Sequence record: OR544956
DNA: 64,000 nucleotides
Reading direction: 5' to 3' (one strand)
Source: Escherichia phage vB_EcoM_EP57
Shown: positions 37,141 to 47,058 of the stretch, piece after piece
How the letters are laid out: each line of letters begins with the position of its first letter
Numbering within the stretch: position 1 is the stretch's first letter
The notes under the pieces: model-generated
Database searches by the model: none
What the model was told of the DNA's origin: nothing
Seen by the model: the letters and a program-made list of their open reading frames with translations, nothing else
Made by a program: the position numbers and the translations under genes

Positions 37141-38019
37141 ATGAAAGGTATTATTTTGGCGGGAGGAAGTGGAACCCGCCTTCATCCGGTAACACGCAGT
37201 GTGAGCAAGCAATTGCTCCCTGTGTATGACAAACCCATGATCTACTACCCTTTATCGGTATTGATGTTGGCTGACATTAAGGATATTTTAATCATCACCA
37301 CACCAGGTGATCAGGAAGACTTTGAGTATCTTCTCGGAGATGGGTCTATGTTTGGGATAAAACTCACTTACGCAATCCAATCCGAGCCACGAGGTCTTGC
37401 GGAAGCTTTCATCATAGGTAAAGATTTTATCGGAGAAGACTCTGTTGCTCTTATTTTAGGTGACAACCTATTCTTCGGACAAAGCTTTGGTAAACTACTG
37501 ATTAACGCTAGTGAGATGGTAGATGTTTGGGGTGGAGCTTGTATCTTCGGGTATTTGGTGAAAGATCCTGAACGATTCGGTGTGGTTGAATTTGGGAGTA
37601 ATCGTCAAGCTATTTCTATTGAAGAGAAACCTGAAAATCCTAAATCAGATTATGCTGTCACAGGTTTGTATTTCTATGATAACTCTGTTATTCAACGTGC
37701 ATTAGAAGTAACCCCTTCCGCGCGTGGAGAACTGGAGATCACTGATATCAATCGCAGCTACCTAGAAGACAGCAAGTTACAAGTGGAAGTTCTCGGACGA
37801 GGATTTACTTGGCTTGACACAGGAACACACGCCAGTCTGATGGAAGCTGGTCAATTCGTGCAGACTATTGAGAACCGTCAAGGATTGAAGATTGCGTGCC
37901 TGGAAGAAATTGCTTTCAAAAAAGGGTGGATTTCTTTAGAGACTTTGGTGTATCATGGAAACTCACTGAAGAAAACAGAGTACGGGCAATACCTACTCAA
38001 ATTAGCGGAGAGAAAATGA
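37141..38019 (+). CDS. rmlA: glucose-1-phosphate thymidylyltransferase
   Basis: N-terminal [16 protein letters not shown]. Confidence 0.8.
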   Translation: MKGIILAGGSGTRLHPVTRSVSKQLLPVYDKPMIYYPLSVLMLADIKDILIITTPGDQEDFEYLLGDGSMFGIKLTYAIQSEPRGLAEAFIIGKDFIGEDSVALILGDNLFFGQSFGKLLINASEMVDVWGGACIFGYLVKDPERFGVVEFGSNRQAISIEEKPENPKSDYAVTGLYFYDNSVIQRALEVTPSARGELEITDINRSYLEDSKLQVEVLGRGFTWLDTGTHASLMEAGQFVQTIENRQGLKIACLEEIAFKKGWISLETLVYHGNSLKKTEYGQYLLKLAERK

Positions 38020-38582
38020 AAGTAGAAAAAACAAAAATTGAAGGTGCGGTAATTATCAAACCAGACGTTTATAAAGATGATCGTGGTTTCTTTCTAGAAA
38101 CATATAATGAACAAAAATACGAAGATATTATTGGTAGACAAACTTTCGTTCAAGATAACATGTCTAAATCAAACTTCGGTGTTTTGCGAGGAATGCACTT
38201 TCAAACAAATAACCCGCAAGGTAAGCTTGTTCGTTGTGTAAGTGGGGAAGTATTGGATTTCGCTGTAGATTTACGTAAAGATAGTCCAACTTACGGTGCT
38301 TGGGACGGTGTTGTTCTTCGTGCACGACACCATACGCAGTTTTGGCTTCCACCTGGTTTGGCACATGGTTTTATAGTTTTGAGTATGGATGCGATCTTTG
38401 AATACAAATGCACAACTCCATACGACCCTTCTAGTGAACAAAGTTTACGTTGGGATGATCCTGATATAGGGATCGATTGGGGCTTCGATATGATTTTTGA
38501 CGAAGGTTTTAAACCTATTCTATCAACAAAAGATGCAATGGCTAAATCTTTTCAACAGTTACGTAGCGAGGGTGTATGCTAA
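38016..38582 (+). CDS. rmlC: dTDP-4-dehydrorhamnose 3,5-epimerase
   Basis: 188 aa from ATG overlapping rmlA stop (ATGA); cupin-like sequence. Confidence 0.65.
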   Translation: MKVEKTKIEGAVIIKPDVYKDDRGFFLETYNEQKYEDIIGRQTFVQDNMSKSNFGVLRGMHFQTNNPQGKLVRCVSGEVLDFAVDLRKDSPTYGAWDGVVLRARHHTQFWLPPGLAHGFIVLSMDAIFEYKCTTPYDPSSEQSLRWDDPDIGIDWGFDMIFDEGFKPILSTKDAMAKSFQQLRSEGVC

Positions 38583-39418
38583 CATATCTGGTATTGGGCG
38601 GTAATGGACAACTGGGACAAGCTTTACGTAAAGTGGCTCCTTCAAATGTATCTTTAATTTATCCTAAAGAACGTGTAGATATTACAAATTTTGAAGCTGT
38701 GCGAAACGCTATTATTGAAGATTATGTAGATGGTGTTATTAATTGCGCCGCTTATACGGCTGTAGATAAAGCAGAACATGATTTTGCTACTGCTTTGGCT
38801 GTTAATGCGTATGGACCTGCAAATATTGCGGCAGTGTGCAGCAAACTTAAAATTGATTTTGTGCATATTTCTACAGACTATATTTTTAATTATTCTCATC
38901 CTATTTTTGAAGATACTACACCTAACCCAATAAACAATTATGGGTATACGAAAGAACTTGGTGAAAAAATGGTGCGAGGAGTTAACCCAAATGCATATAT
39001 TATTCGAACAGCCTCGGTATATAGCGAATTTGGAAATAACTTTCTAAAAACCATGTTGTCTCGCTATAATGATGGACAACGTGATTTTATTATTGTTGCT
39101 GATCAGTTCTCTTGTCCAACATATGCTCCAGATTTAGCAGAAGCTATTTTTGAAGTATTAAAAACAGGTTGGTCAAGGTCTGTTAAGACTTACCATTTTG
39201 CAGGAAGCCATCTTATTTCTTGGGCGGAGTTTGCGGAAAAAATCTTGACACAGATGCCAGAACCTGTTAAGATATCGGCGGTATCAGCTTCAACCTATAA
39301 TGCTCCAGCAGCACGTCCGGTGAAGTCACAACTAGTAACCAGTCACTATCTTACAAAATCAGATTTAAATAAAGGTATTGAACAGTCTTTAGCAGTATTA
39401 CTTAATAAGGAGAGGTAA
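38576..39418 (+). CDS. rmlD: dTDP-4-dehydrorhamnose reductase
   Basis: 280 aa; N-terminal LVLGGNGQLG; completes B-A-C-D order. Confidence 0.7.
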   Translation: MLTYLVLGGNGQLGQALRKVAPSNVSLIYPKERVDITNFEAVRNAIIEDYVDGVINCAAYTAVDKAEHDFATALAVNAYGPANIAAVCSKLKIDFVHISTDYIFNYSHPIFEDTTPNPINNYGYTKELGEKMVRGVNPNAYIIRTASVYSEFGNNFLKTMLSRYNDGQRDFIIVADQFSCPTYAPDLAEAIFEVLKTGWSRSVKTYHFAGSHLISWAEFAEKILTQMPEPVKISAVSASTYNAPAARPVKSQLVTSHYLTKSDLNKGIEQSLAVLLNKER

Positions 39419-39678
39419 TGGAATTTGTAATTTTTGGTAAACCTAACTGTCAATTTTGCGAAATGTCAAAACAACTATTAACCATGCGCAATAAACAGTT
39501 TGAATATTTAAGTCTTGATCAAGACTATGATTTAGAATCAATGACTAAAACAGTTGTTGATCTTACCGGAGTTCCTCCACGCACATTTCCACAAATTCTG
39601 TCCGAAGTGAACGGGGAGGTAACATACGTAGGCGGTTTTACCGAACTGCGTGATCTCATGGCTCAAATTGCGGAGTAA
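39418..39678 (+). CDS. glutaredoxin / NrdH-like redoxin
   Basis: 86 aa; CQFC active-site motif. Confidence 0.6.
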   Translation: MEFVIFGKPNCQFCEMSKQLLTMRNKQFEYLSLDQDYDLESMTKTVVDLTGVPPRTFPQILSEVNGEVTYVGGFTELRDLMAQIAE

Positions 39679-39840
39679 CAATTATGAAAAGTAAACAGAA
39701 ACGTAAGATCTTTTCTCGTGCTTTGGCAAATGAGCTGAAGTCCAACATAAAGAAAACGAAACCAAAACGTGAAACTTCTCCAGAACATCTGTTGTTTAAC
39801 GAGTTGGATCACGGAGTAGGAGACGACGAATAGGAAGTAA

Positions 39841-40341
39841 ATGGCTAAAGTAGTAGATGAGTTTGATATGCTACGAGTCGATGAAGGACTGAAGCTTACT
39901 GTTTATCAAGACCATCTTGGTTATTGGACAGTCGGCATAGGACACCTTCTGACTAAAATAAAAGATAAAGCAAAGGCTATTCAAATCTTAGATAATCTTC
40001 TTGGTCGTAAGACTAATGGAGTTATCACAGAAAAAGAAGCCCGTCAAATCTTTGCTGATGATGTTGCAAAAGTGAAGAGAGACATAAAAAACAGTGCTAT
40101 CTTATCACCAATCTATGATAAGGTTAGTGATACTCGTAAATTGGGAATAATCAACATGGTTTTCCAGTTGGGGTTAAAAGGTGCTGAAGGGTTTCAAAAT
40201 AGCTTGACTTTAATCAGCAATGCATATTATACTCAAGCAGGTAAAAACATGCGTAAAAGCCGATGGTATAGCCAGACGCCAAACCGTGCTGAACGAGTAA
40301 TTAAAGTTCTGACTTCTGGAACTTTAGATGCTTACAACTAA
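39841..40341 (+). CDS. endolysin, T4 e-type lysozyme
   Basis: Recognised from memory as T4 lysozyme-like across its length (MLRVDEGLKLTVYQD...TVGIGHLLTK...RWYSQTPNRA). Confidence 0.8.
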   Translation: MAKVVDEFDMLRVDEGLKLTVYQDHLGYWTVGIGHLLTKIKDKAKAIQILDNLLGRKTNGVITEKEARQIFADDVAKVKRDIKNSAILSPIYDKVSDTRKLGIINMVFQLGLKGAEGFQNSLTLISNAYYTQAGKNMRKSRWYSQTPNRAERVIKVLTSGTLDAYN

Positions 40342-40378
40342 TAAAGGGGCTTCGGCCCCTTCTAAAAGGAGTGCTACT

Positions 40379-41137
40379 ATGGGAAATAAAACCGCAGCTA
40401 AAACACAACGGCAGAAACTGGCTAATTCAGCAAAGATTGAAAGCCGTTATGCAGCAAAAGCGGTAGGTAATGACGATTACCGTTTAGATGAATTTATGCC
40501 TGAAGGGGACCAAAATAAGATTGTTCAAAGCATGATTTGGAATGATCTGACTGTTGTAAATGCTCCGGCAGGGACTGGTAAAACCTCTGTTGCTTTATGG
40601 AAAGCTTTGCAGATGCTTCGTTCAGGAGACTTCCGTAAACTACTTTTTATCAAGAACCCTACTGAAGTCGGAGATGACCAGATTGGTTTCTTGTCTGGAG
40701 ATAAAACAGATAAACTAGCAGCACACTATGAATCTACAAAACGTATTTTCCAGCAATTCATGACAGCCAACAAATTGGAAAACGACATTGGATCAGGTAA
40801 GATCGAATTGAATATTCCTAACTATTTGTTGGGGGCCACCCTGGATAATACAATCGTCATTATTGACGAAGCACAACTTATGTCAACAGAAACACTTAAA
40901 CTTCTTATTGAACGTGCAGGTATTAATACGCATGTTATTGTATTAGGCGATGTTCGCCAGACATATGCAATTAAAAAACGTAGCAATGGTCTGCATCAAA
41001 TTTTGGAACTTTTATATCCAGAAAATGAAGAAGGTGTTCGTGAGCCAATTGTAGATTTTATTGGATACGTTGAACTGACAACGGACGATAATAAACGTGG
41101 ACGTTTGTCTAAACTGATTACTGAAGTGTTTATTTAA
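40379..41137 (+). CDS. PhoH-like ATPase
   Basis: Walker A APAGTGKTS; ATG at 40379 after AAAGGAG. Confidence 0.6.
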   Translation: MGNKTAAKTQRQKLANSAKIESRYAAKAVGNDDYRLDEFMPEGDQNKIVQSMIWNDLTVVNAPAGTGKTSVALWKALQMLRSGDFRKLLFIKNPTEVGDDQIGFLSGDKTDKLAAHYESTKRIFQQFMTANKLENDIGSGKIELNIPNYLLGATLDNTIVIIDEAQLMSTETLKLLIERAGINTHVIVLGDVRQTYAIKKRSNGLHQILELLYPENEEGVREPIVDFIGYVELTTDDNKRGRLSKLITEVFI

Positions 41138-41169
41138 TAACATGGCAGGGAAGCCATTTATAAGGAGGA

Positions 41170-41673
41170 TTGATGGGTGTAGCAACAATAGCTATCGGAA
41201 GAAGCGGTATAGATGAGTGCTATCAAACGGGACTCGTAAAACCTAACGAATTTCGTCAAATTTGTGTAAACCATATTGAAAAAGAGATTGCTCTTACTTT
41301 AGAGAATATGACCCTCCGAGATAAACTGGAAATGTTTAAATGTTGGTGTCTAGGAGAAGATTGGCTTTTAAACCATTTTCAAGAACTTTCTGATAGTAAA
41401 GAAAGCTTGTTTGATTGTATAATAGGAATAGCTGGCTCCGATCCTAGCCTTCTGCACATAACAGAAGAAGAGGCGAAGTTACTGTTCTTAAGTAATTTGT
41501 TTAATAAGAAAGCACTGCTTGTTCGTGATTGCAGTGATCTTCTTAATAACCCGCTCGCAACGTCTGATCAAATTTTTGTTGACAAAGAGACACTACGTGC
41601 GATAGAATACATCTGCAAATATGTGAATGGTGGGAAAGCGGTTCTTAAAACATTAACAGAGGAGGAAGAATAG
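41170..41673 (+). CDS. hypothetical protein
   Basis: ORF track 167 aa. Confidence 0.35.
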   Translation: MMGVATIAIGRSGIDECYQTGLVKPNEFRQICVNHIEKEIALTLENMTLRDKLEMFKCWCLGEDWLLNHFQELSDSKESLFDCIIGIAGSDPSLLHITEEEAKLLFLSNLFNKKALLVRDCSDLLNNPLATSDQIFVDKETLRAIEYICKYVNGGKAVLKTLTEEEE

Positions 41674-42275
41674 TGACGACAATTATTGCAACCAAAAATA
41701 AGATTTTGAGTGATGGTAAGGTAACTTTTGGTGGACGTGTAGATTCTATTAATTTCAAAAAGGTCCGAAAAATTGGAGATTACCTTGTGGGTGGTGCTGG
41801 TCGTCTGACCTCCGTGCTTTCTTTCTTTCAATGGTTTGAACAAAATCTACAGTGCGAAGCAGCACGTGATGCTGTCCCTGGTTTGATGATTCACTCTGAT
41901 CCAGATAAAGAAGATGAAGAGTTTATTGCACTTGTTGTTCATCCAGACGGACGTATTTTCCTGCACGAAGGTAACAACCCAACACGTGCATATCCGATTG
42001 ATGAAGAATATTATGCGGTAGGAAGTGGGTCAGACTTTGCTTTAGCTGCTCTTGATGCAGGGGCAACACCAGAACAGGCTATGGAAGTAGCTAAAAAGCG
42101 AGATGCTTTTTCTGGTGGTGAAACATTTATTGAAGAACAAGACGAGATTATTGAATTAACAGACGATGATTTAGAAAACTTCTCCAAAGAAGAATTGATC
42201 AATCTTTTGAAATTCGGTAATCCCTACGGTGAAGAAGAACCTCGTAACGTGGCAGGGTTGCAGAAAACAACTTGA
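41673..42275 (+). CDS. HslV / proteasome beta-subunit-like Ntn-hydrolase peptidase
   Basis: N-terminal MTTII (Thr nucleophile after Met removal), GGAGR and AVGSGSDFALAA blocks; acidic C-terminal tail. Confidence 0.5.
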   Translation: MTTIIATKNKILSDGKVTFGGRVDSINFKKVRKIGDYLVGGAGRLTSVLSFFQWFEQNLQCEAARDAVPGLMIHSDPDKEDEEFIALVVHPDGRIFLHEGNNPTRAYPIDEEYYAVGSGSDFALAALDAGATPEQAMEVAKKRDAFSGGETFIEEQDEIIELTDDDLENFSKEELINLLKFGNPYGEEEPRNVAGLQKTT

Positions 42276-42382
42276 CTTCTAAATCTGAAAATATTAATCT
42301 CGTAAATGTGGCGGATTTCGAAGGAACCGCTATTTAACAAACTGCCCCTTCGGGGGCATTTCTTAAACATAGGAGATTAATA

Positions 42383-42817
42383 ATGTTACAAGTTCCTGCT
42401 AAGTTTGTTGAAGGCGCTATCCACTCTTACCGTCAAACATGTAAGAGGGCAAGAAACTGTTTAGATGGTCTGGTGGCAAAAACCTATACTGTTGAAAAGA
42501 AAAAACGTTGGTTTGGCAAAGATGTTTACGAAGTTAATATTTTTGGTGAACATAAACTAAACCACGATACTCCTGAAAACATGTTAGAAATATTTCTAAG
42601 AGATGACAAAATATCTCCTATGGATTACCAACTTTTAAAATTTTATGATTCTTCTTTAGCTATTGATAAGTTTGTTGAAGATATTCTGTCTAGAAAAACA
42701 GATAAAAACACTTATCCTCTAGAAGCTGATCAAATAGGATTATTAAATGAGATTTCATCCTTTAAAGAGTTGGATAATATTACAAAAGAGGAGATTTTAG
42801 ATGGCATTAGATTATGA
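42383..42817 (+). CDS. hypothetical protein
   Basis: ORF track 144 aa. Confidence 0.35.
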   Translation: MLQVPAKFVEGAIHSYRQTCKRARNCLDGLVAKTYTVEKKKRWFGKDVYEVNIFGEHKLNHDTPENMLEIFLRDDKISPMDYQLLKFYDSSLAIDKFVEDILSRKTDKNTYPLEADQIGLLNEISSFKELDNITKEEILDGIRL

Positions 42818-43310
42818 TCGCCCAACGAGCGATTATTATCCGACACCGCAAAAAGCAATCAATAGTTTGTTTAGTGTTATAGATTTCAAAAATCTAAAGG
42901 AAGAAGGTTGGGTTTTTGCAGAACCTTGCAGAGGTGAAGCTGAAGCGATTTATCGCCATTTTCCTGAAGGTTCAGAATATTGCGAACTTGAAGAAGGTAA
43001 AGATTATTTTAGTCATGAATGGGAAAATCGTCCCGACATTATAATCACAAATCCTCCATTTAAGTTAGCAATGGAGTTCTTGGAAAAGAGCTTAAAAGAG
43101 GCGGATGTTTGTATTTATCTTCTTCGGTTGGGCTTCTTGGAGTCAAAGAAACGACGAGAGTTCCATCAAAAGAATCCACCAACAAACCTTATAGTTCTTT
43201 CAGAACGGCCTTCGTTTGTTGCAGGTGGAACAGATAAGACAGCATACGCTTGGTATGTATACGACCCAAAGAATCGTTTGGGCCTCTCTCAACCATTTTA
43301 TTTTGTTTAA
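42801..43310 (+). CDS. putative amino-methyltransferase (N6-adenine DNA MTase-like)
   Basis: IITNPPF catalytic motif; upstream YYPTPQ and EPCRGEAE. Confidence 0.35.
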   Translation: MALDYDRPTSDYYPTPQKAINSLFSVIDFKNLKEEGWVFAEPCRGEAEAIYRHFPEGSEYCELEEGKDYFSHEWENRPDIIITNPPFKLAMEFLEKSLKEADVCIYLLRLGFLESKKRREFHQKNPPTNLIVLSERPSFVAGGTDKTAYAWYVYDPKNRLGLSQPFYFV

Positions 43311-43322
43311 GGAGTGTGAACT

Positions 43323-43559
43323 ATGGGTAAACTAATTATGACAGTGGCTATTGATTTTGATGAAGTAGATGAAAGCCTCAACCTTTCACTTTCTACTGAC
43401 GTAGATGGCGAAATGGATAATATTGAAGCAGCTACTGCTCTTTTCTTCAAAAAAGCCATTGAAGTTTATGCCGAACATGCTGCAAATCAGGCAGTAGATT
43501 ACGGTGGTATCGTGCGAGCTTTAGTTCACTCTACCGAGGGCAATGACTGGGAAGATTAA
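43323..43559 (+). CDS. hypothetical acidic protein
   Basis: ORF track 78 aa. Confidence 0.3.
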   Translation: MGKLIMTVAIDFDEVDESLNLSLSTDVDGEMDNIEAATALFFKKAIEVYAEHAANQAVDYGGIVRALVHSTEGNDWED

Positions 43560-43762
43560 TGGCTTACAATTATTACTGCATTTATGCACATGAAAAGAAA
43601 AAAGGTGACACTGGGACTAACGTTTATGCGGAGTCCGAATCTCATGCAAAAGAGATTGGTGCTATCCTTTTATCACGCTGGACTGGAAATAATTACAGTG
43701 CAGAAGATATGTTTGCAGAAGTGGATTCTAGTATCCAAGAAGACAACATAACAACTACGTGA
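43559..43762 (+). CDS. hypothetical protein
   Basis: ORF track 67 aa. Confidence 0.3.
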   Translation: MAYNYYCIYAHEKKKGDTGTNVYAESESHAKEIGAILLSRWTGNNYSAEDMFAEVDSSIQEDNITTT

Positions 43763-43770
43763 TATACTTA

Positions 43771-43797
43771 TACTCCCTTTTCGGAGGGAGTATTTTT
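43771..43797 (+). terminator. rho-independent terminator
   Basis: tactccc..gggagta then TTTTT. Confidence 0.5.
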
Positions 43798-44007
43798 AAG
43801 GAGGGATTATGCAGAGCGGAGAAGAACTTTTAGAGAAACAATTCTCAACGCGTTAAGTTATATAGTTTTTCTAAGCAATCTTGATGTGAATGAGATACTT
43901 TTACGGCGCGAAGGTAATTTCTGGAGCGTTAAATATCATGCAACAAGGTCTGTAATCTACCTGGAAGAGGCGGAATTCTCTTTGGTAGAATGATCCGAGG
44001 AGTAGTT

Positions 44008-44199
44008 ATGCGTTCAACTTTCACTGGCAAAATAAATGCTGGTTTGATTTTTACAGCAGTAAGCATTCTTAGCAAAAAGTTTAAAGTTGTTAACTTACCT
44101 GTGTGTGTCGATTTCGATCATGTTTTTGATCCTTCGAACCCCACTCGTTGCATAGTAAGGAGCAATGTTGAAAACCCAACAGAAAATCTTTTTATGTAA
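44008..44199 (+). CDS. hypothetical protein
   Basis: ATG at 44008 after GAGGAG within track ORF 43990..44199. Confidence 0.3.
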   Translation: MRSTFTGKINAGLIFTAVSILSKKFKVVNLPVCVDFDHVFDPSNPTRCIVRSNVENPTENLFM

Positions 44200-44240
44200 C
44201 AAAACCATCTCAAAGCATACTTAACCAGGTTGAGGCGAAA

Positions 44241-44579
44241 TTGATACCTAACGGTAAATATTACTCCTTTTTACCTTGTAAGTCGGTTGAAGTAGAGAAT
44301 AGCAATACTTTCGCTAATAACTTGTCTGTATTCGTTTTCTTTGTTTCACAGGAAGACGAAACAGATGAAATGGTAGCAACAGTGAGATCACTTTATGACT
44401 CTTTAGGGGTTGTTTATAGTCAACAAGTGTGCGAAAATAATAAAGCCTGTGTAGATTTCATTATCAACGGTATTTGTGTTTGTAGAGTAGAATCTTTTTG
44501 GCTGCACGATACATATGTGACTGTAGCAGAGGTTATATCTGAACCAAGATTTAGTCATGCAGTTTCGTTAATAATTTGA
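44241..44579 (+). CDS. hypothetical protein
   Basis: ORF track 112 aa. Confidence 0.3.
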   Translation: MIPNGKYYSFLPCKSVEVENSNTFANNLSVFVFFVSQEDETDEMVATVRSLYDSLGVVYSQQVCENNKACVDFIINGICVCRVESFWLHDTYVTVAEVISEPRFSHAVSLII

Positions 44580-44589
44580 GGAGGAAGGA

Positions 44590-44919
44590 ATGGAAATTAC
44601 TACAGAACAAGCCCTTATCGATGAGGGTCGTAAAATCTTAGAAAAGTATTTAGGGGAGATTCATAAAACCCCTGGCTATTTGGGTTGGAGAATTGTTGAA
44701 GCTGTAGATTTCCTTCCTCGTAACAGTAAAAACGTCGAAATGCGATCTCTTTTCTTATTAGTAAAGGTGGATGGGGATACGCCTTTTAAAGATGCCGCAG
44801 AACATATTGAAAAAGTTGAAGAGAAAGCTTATGCAGAATTTGCCGATCTTGTTTTAGAACAAGAGATTGAAGGAAAGGTGAATATTTTTATTTTCTTAGA
44901 TTTTGAGGAGGATAAGTGA
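44590..44919 (+). CDS. hypothetical protein
   Basis: ORF track 109 aa; RBS GGAGGAAGG. Confidence 0.35.
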   Translation: MEITTEQALIDEGRKILEKYLGEIHKTPGYLGWRIVEAVDFLPRNSKNVEMRSLFLLVKVDGDTPFKDAAEHIEKVEEKAYAEFADLVLEQEIEGKVNIFIFLDFEEDK

Positions 44920-45659
44920 TCATACACAGAGAAATTACTGTTAAAAGCGATCAAGATCTTTTTATAATTGGAGATCTACACGGTTGTTATAATTTGTATG
45001 AAAAAGGAAAGGCAAAGTTAGGTATCCGAGATACAGATGTGGTTGTATCTCTAGGAGATCTTACTGACCGTGGAAAGCAAAACTTTCGTTGTGTTTTAGA
45101 ATTTACTCGTAAACACAATCGCTACGCTATTCGTGGCAATCATGAAGACATGATGATTAAAGGTATGCTGGAAGGAGATCGTAGCTACTACGAGTGTTGG
45201 TATCAAAATGGAGGATATACGGTCTTTGAAGAATGTGGTGAAGAAGGAGCTACAGCCTTAGCAATGATGACAGAAGATTTACCTGTTGTTCTCATTGTTA
45301 ACTACAGAGGCATGAAACTTGCGTTTATTCATGGTGGGTACCCATCTTCTTTGGAATATCTCCCTGTAACAGATATTCCAGAATACATTTCGAAGATGAC
45401 GAAAACACAGGAAAACCGTTTTGCTGAAGCACTTGTGTGGGACAGAGATATGGTAGACTGTGCTAAAGAGGGAATGAAACTTCCTGTTGTGATGGGTGTG
45501 GATTATGTGTTTCATGGACACTCTTATGTAAAAACACCTATTATCAATGCGAATCGTGTTTATATGGATACTGGATCTGTGTTCAATAATAACTTAACAT
45601 TTGCTTATTTCGATATGGACGGTGGTCTTCAATTTTATTCAACTCTTGAGGAGGATTAA
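44916..45659 (+). CDS. Ser/Thr protein phosphatase (PPP-family metallophosphoesterase)
   Basis: GDLHG, GDLTDRG and GNHE motifs. Confidence 0.7.
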   Translation: MIIHREITVKSDQDLFIIGDLHGCYNLYEKGKAKLGIRDTDVVVSLGDLTDRGKQNFRCVLEFTRKHNRYAIRGNHEDMMIKGMLEGDRSYYECWYQNGGYTVFEECGEEGATALAMMTEDLPVVLIVNYRGMKLAFIHGGYPSSLEYLPVTDIPEYISKMTKTQENRFAEALVWDRDMVDCAKEGMKLPVVMGVDYVFHGHSYVKTPIINANRVYMDTGSVFNNNLTFAYFDMDGGLQFYSTLEED

Positions 45660-45967
45660 TGTATAAGATTACAATTATTCAAAGTGTAGGTAATATCCGT
45701 AAAGAAGTTATCTTAGAAACAGAAGATGTTAATCTTGTTCGTGAGATTGTTCTTAAGGAAGATAACCTGCAAGCTGTAGAATCAGATGCACCGAATCTTA
45801 TGGTGGATCAAGAATATTCTGAACTTCGTCGTATTTTTGAAGAGATTCAGAAGAAAGAAACACAACCTACCATAAAACCTTTTGGTCCTTATGATCCGAG
45901 CAATCCTAGCAGTCCTTGGATCATGAGAAATACGGAACCCTATACACCTTTTGAAATTACTTGTTGA
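45659..45967 (+). CDS. hypothetical protein
   Basis: ORF track 102 aa. Confidence 0.35.
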   Translation: MYKITIIQSVGNIRKEVILETEDVNLVREIVLKEDNLQAVESDAPNLMVDQEYSELRRIFEEIQKKETQPTIKPFGPYDPSNPSSPWIMRNTEPYTPFEITC

Positions 45968-45974
45968 GGTGATT

Positions 45975-46556
45975 ATGGCAGAACTGTTCTATACGGGAGT
46001 TGGAAGTAGGGACATATCTGAAGAAGAGTGGGCTTTGATGGTAGGCATAGGGAAATGGCTTTCAAACCTTGGGTTTAAATTACGGTCTGGGAAGGCAGAG
46101 GGTAGTGATTCTGCTTTTGAAACAGGTGTCCAAGAGTCTGAAAATCCTACTAACAAGGAGATTTATGTTCCTTGGGAAAATTTCAAAGGTAATCAGATTC
46201 CAGGTGATGTTATTGTTCTTGCAAAACCAGATACAATGAACTATGCTATCTCTGTGCAATGGATTAAAGATGTTCACCCAGCTTATGAAAAGCTTAAGCA
46301 GGGTGCTAGAAAATTGCACCAACGTAATGTGCATCAAGTGTTAGGCAGAGATTTGGAGAATCCTGCTCCATCATGTTTCTTATTGGCTTGTGCTAATACT
46401 GATAAACATGGGGATGCAAAAGGTGGAACAGCTACGGCTTGGAAGATAGCTAAAGCCAATAATGTTCCTTGTTTAAACATTCGTGGGAAAACAAAACAAG
46501 AGATTTACGATTTTCTACGACCTTTGGTAATGAGGGCGATAACAAGTGATTCCTAG
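45975..46556 (+). CDS. SLOG/DprA-like Rossmann-fold protein
   Basis: YTGVGSRD and RSGKAEGSDSAFETG blocks; ATG at 45975 after GAGGTGA. Confidence 0.3.
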   Translation: MAELFYTGVGSRDISEEEWALMVGIGKWLSNLGFKLRSGKAEGSDSAFETGVQESENPTNKEIYVPWENFKGNQIPGDVIVLAKPDTMNYAISVQWIKDVHPAYEKLKQGARKLHQRNVHQVLGRDLENPAPSCFLLACANTDKHGDAKGGTATAWKIAKANNVPCLNIRGKTKQEIYDFLRPLVMRAITSDS

Positions 46557-47058
46557 ACGTAAACGTGGTGAACAAAGAACAAACTTGGCAGAAATCTTAG
46601 ATTACAACATGGTTAATGATGTGACAAAAGAAATTCTGCCTGTTGTAGAAGATATTCTTCGTAGAGGGTTACGATTCTGCTCGGATCGGGTGCATTTCAT
46701 GTGGACACATAAAAGTGACTCCGCTTTGAATTTCTATCCTTTGGACTATACTCTGAACAATACAGAGATGAAAGATATCAACAAATATTTAATGGGATAT
46801 AAAGATATAACCGAAACTGTTCTTGGAGAATTGGCAGAAATCTTGGCTAACGATATCCTTAGAAATATTAATAAGGCTCTTGACAGAAGCCCAGCAGGAG
46901 TAGTAGTATCTTTTGCTGTGCCAGATATGGTTAAATATGAGTCTACAATACCTAATAAAGCTTATGCCTTTCTTCGGAGAGACGTTCGTGGAAATGTGTT
47001 GGAGATGGAGTCAAACTACAAGATTGAGGAGGTTTTATGGCAGAGTTCGGATCAGTAA
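46546..47058 (+). CDS. hypothetical protein
   Basis: ORF track 170 aa. Confidence 0.35.
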   Translation: MIPRRKRGEQRTNLAEILDYNMVNDVTKEILPVVEDILRRGLRFCSDRVHFMWTHKSDSALNFYPLDYTLNNTEMKDINKYLMGYKDITETVLGELAEILANDILRNINKALDRSPAGVVVSFAVPDMVKYESTIPNKAYAFLRRDVRGNVLEMESNYKIEEVLWQSSDQ

